Source: an uncultured Planctomycetaceae bacterium (GTDB lineage: Bacteria > Planctomycetota > Planctomycetia > Isosphaerales > Isosphaeraceae). Taken from it: a stretch of DNA of 64,000 nt. The notes under the pieces were generated by a model. The model was not told the origin of the DNA, did not search any database, and saw nothing but the letters and a program-made list of their open reading frames with translations. Shown in pieces: positions 51,601-61,317 of this stretch. Each line of letters opens with the position of its first letter. The stretch's first letter is position 1. Location: assembly GCA_963833985.1 (NCBI GenBank), contig CAWIAD010000001.1, positions 1,760,001 through 1,824,000 of the forward strand, given 5' to 3'. Position numbers and translations under genes: made by a program.

Positions 51601-54274
51601 TTGCTGAACGAATAGGCCGGCGAGCCGTCGAAGGTCATGCTCGCCGAGGCCGAGCCGGTCGGCGTGAGCGCCAGGGTATCGTTTCCACTCGTCCCCAGGA
51701 CGATCATCTGGTCGCCCGGTGCGCCCGGAGATCCCCCCCGCTGAAGCTGATGGGCGTGTTCACCACGCCGTTGCCCTCGTTGATGGTCACCGCGTTGTTG
51801 TTGATATCGCCGACGATCGCAATCGGCGCCGACGAGTTGTTGGCGTAGGTCGCCACGACGGTGCTTGTCCCCGTCACCAGCACCTGCACGTTGGCGGAAT
51901 TGAGCGGGTCCACCTGGATGGTCACGTTCTCATCGGTGCTGCCGAGCGCCACCACGGCCGCCGGTGACGAGGGGATGCCGCTGGCCGTGACGATCACCGA
52001 ACTGTAGTCGGAGATCGTCTTGCCGGTGGGAAGCGCGAACTGGACGCTCTGCGGAGTGCTCCCGCCGGCCACGCCGGTGCTGCTCCAGTTCGAGGTCCGC
52101 GCGTAGGTGACTTTCCCGCTCGAATCGGTGAGCTGGACGATCGGGTAGTTGGTCGCCATGGTGGCCTCGTCGCCGAACGAGCCGCCTTCGGAAATGCCCG
52201 TGAGCTGCGTGCCGGTCATCGTGTAGTTGCTGCCGCCGTTGCTGGCAATGCCCGTGATGACGGGCCGCCAGGCTGCCTGGGGCGAACCGGACGGCGTGTA
52301 GATCTGGATGCCGCCGGGGCCGGCCTGGTTGTCCAGCAGCGCCTGGCCGCTGGGCAAGGCAATCATGAACAGGTAATCGCTGTTGTCGCTGATGCCGCCG
52401 GAGGGAGTCACGTTCGTGTAAGTCCCCGTGGTCGGGTCGAACTCGTAGACGTAGCTGGGTTGCGGGAACGTGTAGCCGCCCCCGGCGCCCAGGCCGCCCA
52501 GCGGCGAGAGATCCAGCAGGATGTCGCCGTTGGCCATCATGCAGCCGGGAGCGTCGTCCATGCTGAGCCGCGACGACGACCAGGTGCCTCCGCTCGTGTA
52601 GGTGCCGTTGCCTTGCGGGCCCACGAGCTGGAACGAGCCGGACTGGAGGTTGGTGATCGTCCAGCTGCCGTTGGCCGCCGTGTTTCCCCCCACGCCGGAG
52701 ATGCTCACGAGCTGGCCGTTGCTCAGCCCCGTGGTGCTCGACGTGTTCACGGTGATGCCCGCGAACCAGGTGCCTCCGCCGGTGTAGGCTCCATTGCCCG
52801 TGGAGCCCTTCAATTGAAACGACGTGGAGTTCAGGTTCTGGATCGTGAAATTGCCGTTGGCCGCGGCATTTCCCGTGACCCCGGTGACGGTCACCAGGTC
52901 GCCGTTGCTCAGGCCGGCGGTGCTCGGAGCCGTGATCGTGATGGGCGACGTGTTGCTGGCCCCGGTGATCGTGCCGCTCACGTTGCTGGCCCCGGTGATC
53001 GTGCCGCTCACCGGCAGCGTGGGCTGGTCCGGGCCGGCCGTCCAGAGGTCGGTCGAGGGGTTGTAGATGGCCGTGTGGCCGTTGCCGCCAAAGAAGATGG
53101 CGTTGCCGTTGGGGAGCAGGAAGGCCGGCCCCAGTTCGTCACCCTGGCCGTCTCCGGGCGAAGGCAAGGCTGCGCTGGGTGGGGGCGGGCCGTCGCTCAG
53201 CAACGACGGCGGATTGGTCGGGCTGAGGTTGCTGGCGTTCACCCATTTGTCCTGGGACGGGATGTACCGCTGGGCCTGGAACACGCCGTTGCTGATGCTC
53301 GAATAGATGTCGTAGGAGAGAATGCTGCCGTCGGGCAGCTTCAGCCAGGTTTCCTCATCACTCCGGTCGCCGTTCACCTTGCTGCCGGCGGTCGGCGTCC
53401 AGGTGTTCGTGGCCGGAGAATAAATGTAGGTGCTCGGACTGTTGAAGTAGCCGGCCAGGATGTTGCCGCCGGGGAGGGTCTCGATCGGATCGTCGCCGAA
53501 CTGAGAGACGCCGAATGACCCTCCGCTCGTGTAGCTGCCGTTGCCCGTGGACCCGACAAGCTGGAAGGTCGTGGCGGTCAGGCTGGCGATGGTCCAGGTG
53601 CCATTGGCCGCGGTGTTCCCACCCACGCCGGAGATGGTCACCTGCTCGCCACTCAGCAGCCCGGCGGTGTTCACCGCGGTGATGGTGATCGGTGCGGTGT
53701 TGCTGGCCCCGGTGAGCTTGTTCGACGTGAAGCGGATGCTCGTGGGAGGCGTCGGGATGTTCGCCGTCCGGGCCCAACTTCCCGGCCCGCCCGTGGTCGA
53801 GGGCGTGAAGATCTCCGACGTGCCGGTGAACGGGTCGGGAGACGTGTATTCGCCGCCGATCGTGAACAGGTTGCCCGACGGCAAGACCGCGGAGGTGTTG
53901 AAGAGCCGCTGCTCCGCCGGCGTGAGCCAGGTCCCGGAATTCGCGAGCGCGGACCAGGTTCCGTTGACGTAGTTCCCCGTTGCAATGGACGTCCCCTGAA
54001 AGGTGTTGCCGGTGGCACCAGGGGTCAGGTCGTACCAGGTGTTCGACGAGGCGTTCTGCCCCGACTGCACCATCACCGAGCCATCGGATAGAATCGCCAG
54101 CGCCTGCATGTACGTGGGCCCGGACCCCGGGTTGGTGGCGGCAAGAGCCTGCCAGGTGCCGGGCGTGGTCAACACCAGGCGGTCCTCCAGGATCTCCAGC
54201 CGGAACCGGCGGCCTCGCCTGGGCTGGACATGAACCTTGCTGCGCGTGGATCGGATTGCCGGGCGGAAGCTCAT
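48690..54274 (-). CDS. Giant secreted protein (~1850 aa): LEPR-XLL-type motif, kelch-like propeller with inserted repeats, PKD-like and Ig-like domains (frameshifts ~51730, ~48940)
   Basis: LEILEDRLVL; kelch-like AVLPSGNLFTIGGE/LLPNGNAIFFGG; three GLxxG..VxISGVGGNTAANG repeats; three IxWGDGT..HTYA repeats; DLAGNHLDGEF..PSGNG tail. ORFs 51704-54274 and 48690-51707 join at a G-run. Confidence 0.8.
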
Positions 54275-54834
54275 GACGTGTGTCCTTTCCTTAGGTGCAA
54301 GAACGATGCGCGCTCGCTGAGCGCACAGAGCCAGCGTGCTCAATGGAAGCGGCGAGACGACCCCGCCAGTCCGGGAGCAGCCGATGTGGGCACTTCACTG
54401 CCAGCCGGCCGGCCGAGATTTCAGGAGCATCTGCAAGAGCGTGTGTCGCCGGCCAGGTCGAGCCTTAACAACAATTCAAGAAAGCTCGTGCGAACCCGTC
54501 ATCGATTGCCGTCAAAACCCGATCCCCAGGCTGGCCCCTTCCGCTACAACCGTGAAATGCCAACCCCAGCTCGAGTAAACCCAGGAAGACTCGATCCAGA
54601 CCGGACGACCCTGCCGAAAGGTGATCTTAAAGTGGATGATTTAGGGTAAATAAGAATTCTGGGAAAAGCAAAGTCTTTTTCATGGAGATTCTTTGCCCGG
54701 CCTGGGAGGCTCCGACGGCTGCCGGCCGAGAACTGGCTCGCCTTTGCGGGCATCGCGCCGGAAAGTTGTATTCGAGCGCTGGGTCTGCTGCACTAGAGGT
54801 GCAGTAACAGACTGGGAACCGGGAGGACGTTTCG

Positions 54835-56694
54835 ATGACCGGCCGCGGGCTCGATACAGTTCGCCGCGAACTCGACGTGTTGTTGCACGTGGGCACGCTT
54901 GCCGGCGCCGCGGACGAGCAACTGCTCGAGCAGTTCACGAGCGGGGCGGCGCGCGTGCAGCAGGTCGCGTTCGAGGCGCTGGTGCAGCGTCACGGCCCGA
55001 TGGTGCTGGGCGTCTGCCGCCGGATATTGAGCGACTGGCAAGCCGCCGAGGACGCTTTTCAGGCGACCTTCCTGGTGCTCAGCATGAAGGCGCAAACGGT
55101 CCGTCGCCGCGGCTCGCTGGCAGCCTGGCTGCACGCCGTGGCATCCCGGGTGGCACGGCGCGCCCTGGCGGCGAAACGCAGGCGCTGGGAGTTGCCGCTG
55201 GCCGTCGAGCCCCCGGCCCGCGCTCGTGGCGATGCCGACCTGGCGGAGGTGCAAGCGATTCTTGACGATGAGCTCGCACGGCTGCCGGAAAAGTATCGCC
55301 GGCCGGTCGTACTCTGTTACCTGGAAGGGCGCACGCAAGAGGAAGCAGCCCGGCTGCTCGGGTGGAGCAAGGGGACGGTTTCGGGCCGGCTGGCACGCGC
55401 CAAGGAGGTGCTGCGCGGCCGCCTCGCTCGCCGCGGGCTCTCCTCTGCCGGGGCCGTCATCACAGCCTGCCTGACGCCGGAAACCGCTTCGGCCGGCGTC
55501 CCGGCGCCCCTCTTGCTCAGAACGGTTCAGGCCGCGACCGCCCTGGGGTTGGCCGTCATGGAGAACAGCCCGGCCGCGGGGCGGGCCATGGTGCTGGCGC
55601 GTGGAACCGCGGGCGCAATGGCCCTGCGGCCGCTCAGGTCGGTCCTCTCCGTGCTCCTGGTGGGCCTGGGCGCCACCGCGGTGGCAGGGCCCCTCTACTG
55701 GAGGTTCCACGTCGCCGGTTCCATGAAGCCGCCAGCCCCTGGCTCGCGCCTGGGCGAGGAACTCGCGGACACCGCGTCGATCGTCGGTGTCGCCTACACG
55801 CCGGACGGAGCCGCCGTGATCGCGCTGCGAAGCGACGGCCAGTTGCGCATCGATCGCCTTGCGAGTACGTCGGACGTGAGCCTCATCGATCTGTTCGCGG
55901 GCGAGCAGGGCGTGACCGCTGCCGCGGTGCGCGAGCTCGCACTCTCGGCCGACGGCACGCGGGTCGCCGCGATCGGCACGGTGCGCGTGGCCTCGCGCGG
56001 GCGGCCGATCGACGGAGTCTGGCTCTGGAACCTGCCGGATCGCCGGCTGGTGCGGAGGATCGAGTTCGGCGGCACCGCCGTGGACGCGCTGGCGTTTTCT
56101 CCCGAGGGTGCTAGCCTGGCCACCGGCGATCATGCGGGTCAGATCCAGCTCTGGGACATCGCCAGTGGTGAAGAGACCTTGAGGCTCAAGCTGGGCGACA
56201 AGCCGGTGCGCGGCATCGCCTTCTCGCCGGACGGGATGACGCTGGCCGCGGCCGGCCCCGAGAGTGGCGTGCAGCTCTGGGACCTGGGCGGAGGCCGTTC
56301 CCTGGGCCCCGCGCAGGCCGATCCGCAGCCCGAGGCGTCTCATCCCTGCTTCTCTCCGGACGGGAGCTTGATTGCCTTCGGCACGCCCGGGTCCGGCGTA
56401 TTCGTCGCGGAGCGGGATGGCGGCCAGGTCCGCTGCCGCGTGGATGTCGGCCATGAAGACTTCCTGGCCCTGGCATTCGCGCCGGACAGCCGGTTCCTGG
56501 CCGTGGGCGGCGGCCGCGCGATCACGGTGGTGCGCACCGCGAACAGCCAGGTCCTGTGGCGGGCCGGCCTGGAGCGCTCCCTCGGGCCGGGCAGCCTGGC
56601 GTACGCGCCCGACGGCAAGACCATCGCCGCGGGCCAGGGTGGCAGCTTGACGTTGCTCGATGCCGCGACCGGCGCCTTGCTGGAGAATCGCTGA
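54835..56694 (+). CDS. ECF sigma factor with transmembrane segment and C-terminal WD40 repeats
   Basis: RHGPMVLGVCRR, AEDAFQATFLVL (sigma2); LPEKYR..VLCYLEG..GTVSGRLARA (sigma4); hydrophobic segment; repeated AFSPDG...LWD. Confidence 0.93.
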   Translation: MTGRGLDTVRRELDVLLHVGTLAGAADEQLLEQFTSGAARVQQVAFEALVQRHGPMVLGVCRRILSDWQAAEDAFQATFLVLSMKAQTVRRRGSLAAWLHAVASRVARRALAAKRRRWELPLAVEPPARARGDADLAEVQAILDDELARLPEKYRRPVVLCYLEGRTQEEAARLLGWSKGTVSGRLARAKEVLRGRLARRGLSSAGAVITACLTPETASAGVPAPLLLRTVQAATALGLAVMENSPAAGRAMVLARGTAGAMALRPLRSVLSVLLVGLGATAVAGPLYWRFHVAGSMKPPAPGSRLGEELADTASIVGVAYTPDGAAVIALRSDGQLRIDRLASTSDVSLIDLFAGEQGVTAAAVRELALSADGTRVAAIGTVRVASRGRPIDGVWLWNLPDRRLVRRIEFGGTAVDALAFSPEGASLATGDHAGQIQLWDIASGEETLRLKLGDKPVRGIAFSPDGMTLAAAGPESGVQLWDLGGGRSLGPAQADPQPEASHPCFSPDGSLIAFGTPGSGVFVAERDGGQVRCRVDVGHEDFLALAFAPDSRFLAVGGGRAITVVRTANSQVLWRAGLERSLGPGSLAYAPDGKTIAAGQGGSLTLLDAATGALLENR

Positions 56695-56763
56695 ACCCGC
56701 GTGCCGCTTCGAGTACGATGGTCTCCGTGCAACCGGGATGGTTCCCGCTGAAAGGGTTTCAAG

Positions 56764-58992
56764 ATGCTTGCCACGATGCTGCTTTCCGCCTGTGTGCTCG
56801 CCGCTTCCGCACCGGCCGCGGACCCTCCAGCGGAAGCCCCCCGTCTGAGGGCCTATGAGCAGGCCAGGGCGGCCGCCGGCCATGATGCCGACGCCCAGGT
56901 GAAGCTCGCCCTCTGGTGCGAGGCCCATGGGCTTTCAGCCGAGCGCATCAAGCACCTGACGCTGGCGACGCTCGCGGATCCTTCCAACCTGGTGGCGCAC
57001 GGGCTTCTGGGGCTGATCCAGTACCACGGAAAGTGGCAGCGACCGGACCAGATCAGCCGCGACGCACAGCAGGACGCCGCCCGCAAGGCCGTGCTCGATG
57101 AGTACCTCGAGCGGCGGGCGCACACGCCGGACAAACCCGATGAGCAGTGGAAGCTGGCCCTCTGGTGCGAGCAGCACGGGCTGGCCGATCAGGCCACGGC
57201 CCATCTGCACCAGGTGCTGCGCCGCGACCCCCGGCGCGACGCGGCCTGGAAACGGCTCGGCTACCGGAGGCAATCCGGCCGCTGGGTGAAGCCGGAGCTC
57301 GTCGCGGCACAGAAGGCGGAGAACGAAGCGCAGGGCAGGGCAGACAGGTACTGGAAACCGAAACTCGAACGCTGGCGTGACGCGCTGTCGGGCCGTGACA
57401 AGGCGAAGCAGGCCGCGGCCGACGAAGCCCTTGCTGCCGTGACCGAACCGCGCGCCGTGCCCGCGGTGTGGTCGGCGTTCGCCCAGGGGAGCCTGGCGCA
57501 GCAGCAAATGGCCATCCGCACGCTGGGCCAGATCGATTCACCCGCCGCCTCCCGCGCCCTCGCCCTGCTGGCGGTCTTCTCGGGCCATGCGCAGGTCCGC
57601 GGCGACGCGATCGCCACCCTGCGCCGGCGCGATCCGCGTGAGTTCGCCGACATGCTCATCAGCCTGATCCGCGAGCCCATCCAGTTCGAGGTGCGGCCGG
57701 TGGGCGGGCCGGGAAGCCCCGGCGAGCTGTTCATCAAGGGTCGCGGCGACAAGGCCAACCTGAAGCGAGTCTACGCGCCCCCACCTGCCCCCGAGGTATC
57801 TCTTCAGCCCGGTGACCGCGTGGTGTACGACGACGCCGGCATGCCTGTCATCCAGCGGACAACGTCAGTCCTGGCGCAATCAAGTTTTATGCACCCGGCG
57901 GATCTCTTTGCCGGGCAGACTCCGGCTGTGAGCGCGGAACAAAAGCAGAAGATCATAGGACTGCTTTCCAGCAGTGGTCTTGGGGCCCACGCACAGCAGA
58001 TTGGTCAGCAGCTCATCTCCGCATACCAGAACCAGCCACAGTTCGGACTGAACGTCTTTTATCAGTTCGCCGCCTTGAATGGTGCGCTGAACGACCCGAT
58101 CTTGCCGACGACCCGGTTATCGTTCACCTTCGGCCAGGGCGTGCTCATCCCCGTTGGCAGCATGCAGCTCGAGGCGCAAAGGACCGCCGTGGCTGCCGCC
58201 CAGCAGCTCCAGCGCGACGCCGGCCAGTTGCGGGCCTACAACGATTCCCTCCGCGAGCTGAATGACCGCGTCGTCCCTGTTCTGAAGGATGTCTCTGGTC
58301 TCGACCTGGGCACGAATCAGGGCGACTGGCAGAAATGGTACACCGACCTGGTCGGCTACCAGGCGCTCTCCGCGAGCACCACCGAGCCGCCCACGGTCAT
58401 CGAGCAGGTGCCGCTCGATTACCAGCCGCAGCCGGTGCCCATCGGTCAATTCATCGGGCCGATTGCGGTCCAGCGCATGAGTTGCTTCGGCGCGGGCACG
58501 CTGGTGCGAACGCTCGGCGCCGTGCGGCCGATCGAGGAGCTTGCCGTGGGCGACCAGGTCCTCTCTCAGAGCACGCGGACGGGTGCCCTGGCCTACCGGC
58601 CCATCCTCGTCACGCACCACAACCCGCCCAGCAAGACCTTCGAGATCTCGCTGGGCCGCGAGACGCTTGTCAGCAGCGCTTTTCACCGATTCTGGAAAGC
58701 GGGGCAGGGCTGGGTGATGGCACGCGAGCTGAAGTCCGGCGACCTGGTCCGGACCCTGAACGGAGTCGTCCGGATGGCGTCGATCGGTCCCGGCAAGATC
58801 GTTCCGGTGTTCAATCTCGACGTGGCCGAAGATGCCGATTTCTTCGTCGGTCACACCGCTGCGCTGGTCCATGACAACACGCTGCCTGATCCGCGGCAGC
58901 TTGCCTTTGACGCGCTGGCGGACCCGGCCGCGCACGAGACAGAGCGACCGGTCGAGCCGGCACGCGGCAACCCCGGGGGCCCTGTACGATGA
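56764..58992 (+). CDS. Secreted helical-repeat protein with C-terminal Hint domain, paralogue 1
   Basis: Signal peptide; 2x KLALWCExHGL repeats; HEAT-like region; Hint 58483-58878 (CFGAGTLV...SAFHRFW...VFNLDV...VHDN) followed by a 37-aa tail starting with Thr. Confidence 0.88.
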   Translation: MLATMLLSACVLAASAPAADPPAEAPRLRAYEQARAAAGHDADAQVKLALWCEAHGLSAERIKHLTLATLADPSNLVAHGLLGLIQYHGKWQRPDQISRDAQQDAARKAVLDEYLERRAHTPDKPDEQWKLALWCEQHGLADQATAHLHQVLRRDPRRDAAWKRLGYRRQSGRWVKPELVAAQKAENEAQGRADRYWKPKLERWRDALSGRDKAKQAAADEALAAVTEPRAVPAVWSAFAQGSLAQQQMAIRTLGQIDSPAASRALALLAVFSGHAQVRGDAIATLRRRDPREFADMLISLIREPIQFEVRPVGGPGSPGELFIKGRGDKANLKRVYAPPPAPEVSLQPGDRVVYDDAGMPVIQRTTSVLAQSSFMHPADLFAGQTPAVSAEQKQKIIGLLSSSGLGAHAQQIGQQLISAYQNQPQFGLNVFYQFAALNGALNDPILPTTRLSFTFGQGVLIPVGSMQLEAQRTAVAAAQQLQRDAGQLRAYNDSLRELNDRVVPVLKDVSGLDLGTNQGDWQKWYTDLVGYQALSASTTEPPTVIEQVPLDYQPQPVPIGQFIGPIAVQRMSCFGAGTLVRTLGAVRPIEELAVGDQVLSQSTRTGALAYRPILVTHHNPPSKTFEISLGRETLVSSAFHRFWKAGQGWVMARELKSGDLVRTLNGVVRMASIGPGKIVPVFNLDVAEDADFFVGHTAALVHDNTLPDPRQLAFDALADPAAHETERPVEPARGNPGGPVR

Positions 58993-61166
58993 CTGTGAAC
59001 TGGCTGGCGACCTGTCTTCTCTGCCTGGCCTTTGAACCGCCCCAGACACCGGCGCCCCTGGCGCCCGCCGGCCCGGATCTCGCCGCATACCAGCAGGCCC
59101 GGGCCCGGGCCGGCCATGATGCCGACGCCCAGGTGAAGCTCGCCCTCTGGTGCGAGGCCCATGGGCTTTCAGCCGAGCGCATCAAGCACCTCACGCTGGC
59201 GACGCTGAGCGATCCGGCCAATGCGGCCGCGCGCGGCTTGCTCGGCCTGGTGCTGTACCAGGGCAAGTGGCAGCGACCCGACCAGATCAGCCGCGAGATC
59301 GCCGTCGAACCCGCACGCAGGGCGCTGGTGGACGAGTACCTGCGGAGGCGCGCCGCGACACGCGACCGGGCCGACGATCAGTGGAAGCTGGCGCTCTGGT
59401 GCCAGCAGCAGGGGCTGGGCGAGCAGGCGGTCGCTCATCTCTACCGGGTGGTCCAGCTCGACCCGCACCGCGATGCGGCCTGGAGACGCCTGGGTTACCG
59501 GAAGACCGGCGCGCGCTGGGCCAGGCCCGAGCTGCTCATCGCCGAGAAGGCCGAGCTGGAAGCCCAGGTGCGGGCCAACCGGTTCTGGAAGCCCCGGCTC
59601 GAGCACCTCCGCGCTGCGCTGGGCGAGCACAACCCGGCGAAGAAATCCATGGCCGTGCACGCCCTGGAGCAGATCACCGATCCGCGTGCCGTGCCCATGG
59701 TCTGGGCCGTTCTCGCGCGGGGCAGCCAGGCCGATGAGCAAACGGCCGTCCAGCTGCTGGGGCAGATCGACGCCCCGGGCGCCGCGCGTGCACTTTGCCT
59801 GCTGAGCCTCTTCAGTCCCTTCCCGGACATCCGCGGCTCGGCCGTGGCGATCCTCCGCCGGCGCGATCCCCGCGAGTTCGCCGCGCTGCTGGTCGGCATG
59901 ATCCGCGAACCTATGAAGTTCCAGGCCAGTCCCGTGGGTGGGCCGGGCGTTCCGGGCATGCTCATGGTGCGGGGCGACGCGTTTGACACCCAGCGCCGCT
60001 ACAGCCCGCCGCCACCGCCCGTGTACATTCCGGCCTTCAACGACACGGTCTTCCCCGACGCCTCCGGTCAGCCGGTCATCTTCCACCCGCTCGGTTTCTA
60101 TTCGGCGGCGGTTGGCGACGACATCCTGGGCCGCATCCAGGCCCGGGTGAGCCAGGCGGAACGTCTGCCGGCGCTGCTGGCCCAGGCGGGGGCCGGGCAG
60201 GCGGCGGTCCAGGCCGGCGAGCAGGTTGCTGCCCAGGCCCGCACCCAGGGCGCAAGCCAGACGGCCGCAACCCGGAACCTGATCGGCCAGAGCGGTCCCA
60301 CGGCCGGGGCGCCGCATGGCTTTGAAACCGTGCAGCTCGGCGTTCCTTATCTTCAGATCCCCATCGGCCAGATGATGGCCGCGGCACAGGCCACCGCCAT
60401 GCTCGCCCAGCGCCAGCTCGAGGCCGACGTCCGGTCGATCCACGAATTCAACGCCGTCGTCACCGCGTGGAACGCGCGGGCGCTCTCGGTCCTGACCGAG
60501 GTCTCCGGCCGGGACCTCGGCTCGGATCGACAAGCCTGGGACCGCTGGCTGACTGACCTCCAGGGCTACGCGTACGTCTCTCCCACGCAGCCGGTCGACA
60601 AGCCCACCGTGGTCGAGGAGGTCCCCGTGTCGGCCGTCCCGCAGCCATCGGTCGTCCTGAACGCGATCGAGGGTCCGATCGCGAACATCCCGCGGCATTC
60701 CTGCTTCGCCGCGGGCACCCTGGTGCACACCCTGAGCGGACCGCGGCCGATCGAGGAGCTGAGCGCCGGCGACCTGGTACTGAGCCGTGACACGGCAACC
60801 GGCACGCTCCGCTTCGCGCCCGTGGTCGTCGTCTACCACAACCCGCCCAATGCGACGAAGCGGATCGAGACCGAGAGCGGATCGATTGTCGCCACGGCCA
60901 TCCACCGGTTCTGGAAGGCGGGCTCCGGCTGGGTGATGACACGCGAGCTGAAGCCCGGCGACAGGGTGCGCACGATTGCTGGCAGCCTGGTGGTTCGGTC
61001 GGTCCAAACGGACAGCGTTCAAAACGTTTTCAACCTTCAGGTCGCCGACAGCGACAGCTTCTTCGTGGGCACCGAGGGCGTGCTGGCCCACGACAACAGC
61101 CTGGTGAACCCTCCGGAGCATCCATTCGATCGCGTGCCAGCCCTGGAAGACATCGCCCGACCCTGA
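58989..61166 (+). CDS. Secreted helical-repeat protein with C-terminal Hint domain, paralogue 2
   Basis: Same architecture; ATGA overlap; Hint 60702-61097 (CFAAGTLV...TAIHRFW...VFNLQV...AHDN) followed by a 22-aa tail starting with Ser. Confidence 0.88.
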   Translation: MTVNWLATCLLCLAFEPPQTPAPLAPAGPDLAAYQQARARAGHDADAQVKLALWCEAHGLSAERIKHLTLATLSDPANAAARGLLGLVLYQGKWQRPDQISREIAVEPARRALVDEYLRRRAATRDRADDQWKLALWCQQQGLGEQAVAHLYRVVQLDPHRDAAWRRLGYRKTGARWARPELLIAEKAELEAQVRANRFWKPRLEHLRAALGEHNPAKKSMAVHALEQITDPRAVPMVWAVLARGSQADEQTAVQLLGQIDAPGAARALCLLSLFSPFPDIRGSAVAILRRRDPREFAALLVGMIREPMKFQASPVGGPGVPGMLMVRGDAFDTQRRYSPPPPPVYIPAFNDTVFPDASGQPVIFHPLGFYSAAVGDDILGRIQARVSQAERLPALLAQAGAGQAAVQAGEQVAAQARTQGASQTAATRNLIGQSGPTAGAPHGFETVQLGVPYLQIPIGQMMAAAQATAMLAQRQLEADVRSIHEFNAVVTAWNARALSVLTEVSGRDLGSDRQAWDRWLTDLQGYAYVSPTQPVDKPTVVEEVPVSAVPQPSVVLNAIEGPIANIPRHSCFAAGTLVHTLSGPRPIEELSAGDLVLSRDTATGTLRFAPVVVVYHNPPNATKRIETESGSIVATAIHRFWKAGSGWVMTRELKPGDRVRTIAGSLVVRSVQTDSVQNVFNLQVADSDSFFVGTEGVLAHDNSLVNPPEHPFDRVPALEDIARP

Positions 61167-61317
61167 CGCGCCGCTTCGTGCCGCCGGGGAGTTCCCGCCC
61201 GGGCAAGTGATTGCGGCGCCTCAAAGCGCGGCATAAGATCAGGGCAACCCGCGTGCTGACGATCGTCGTGCAGCCACACCGTCATCCGCGTGGAGAATCC
61301 CCAGCGGAGGTTCGCGC

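Noticed and set aside
54644..54698. AT-rich imperfect inverted repeat upstream of the ECF gene
   Set aside because: Pairing needs several gaps and mismatches, too weak to call an operator or RNA structure.
56764..61166. Classical polymorphic toxin-immunity locus or mobile intein
   Set aside because: Only 22-37 aa follow each Hint domain, there are no immunity ORFs or homing endonuclease, and the hosts are not conserved housekeeping proteins.
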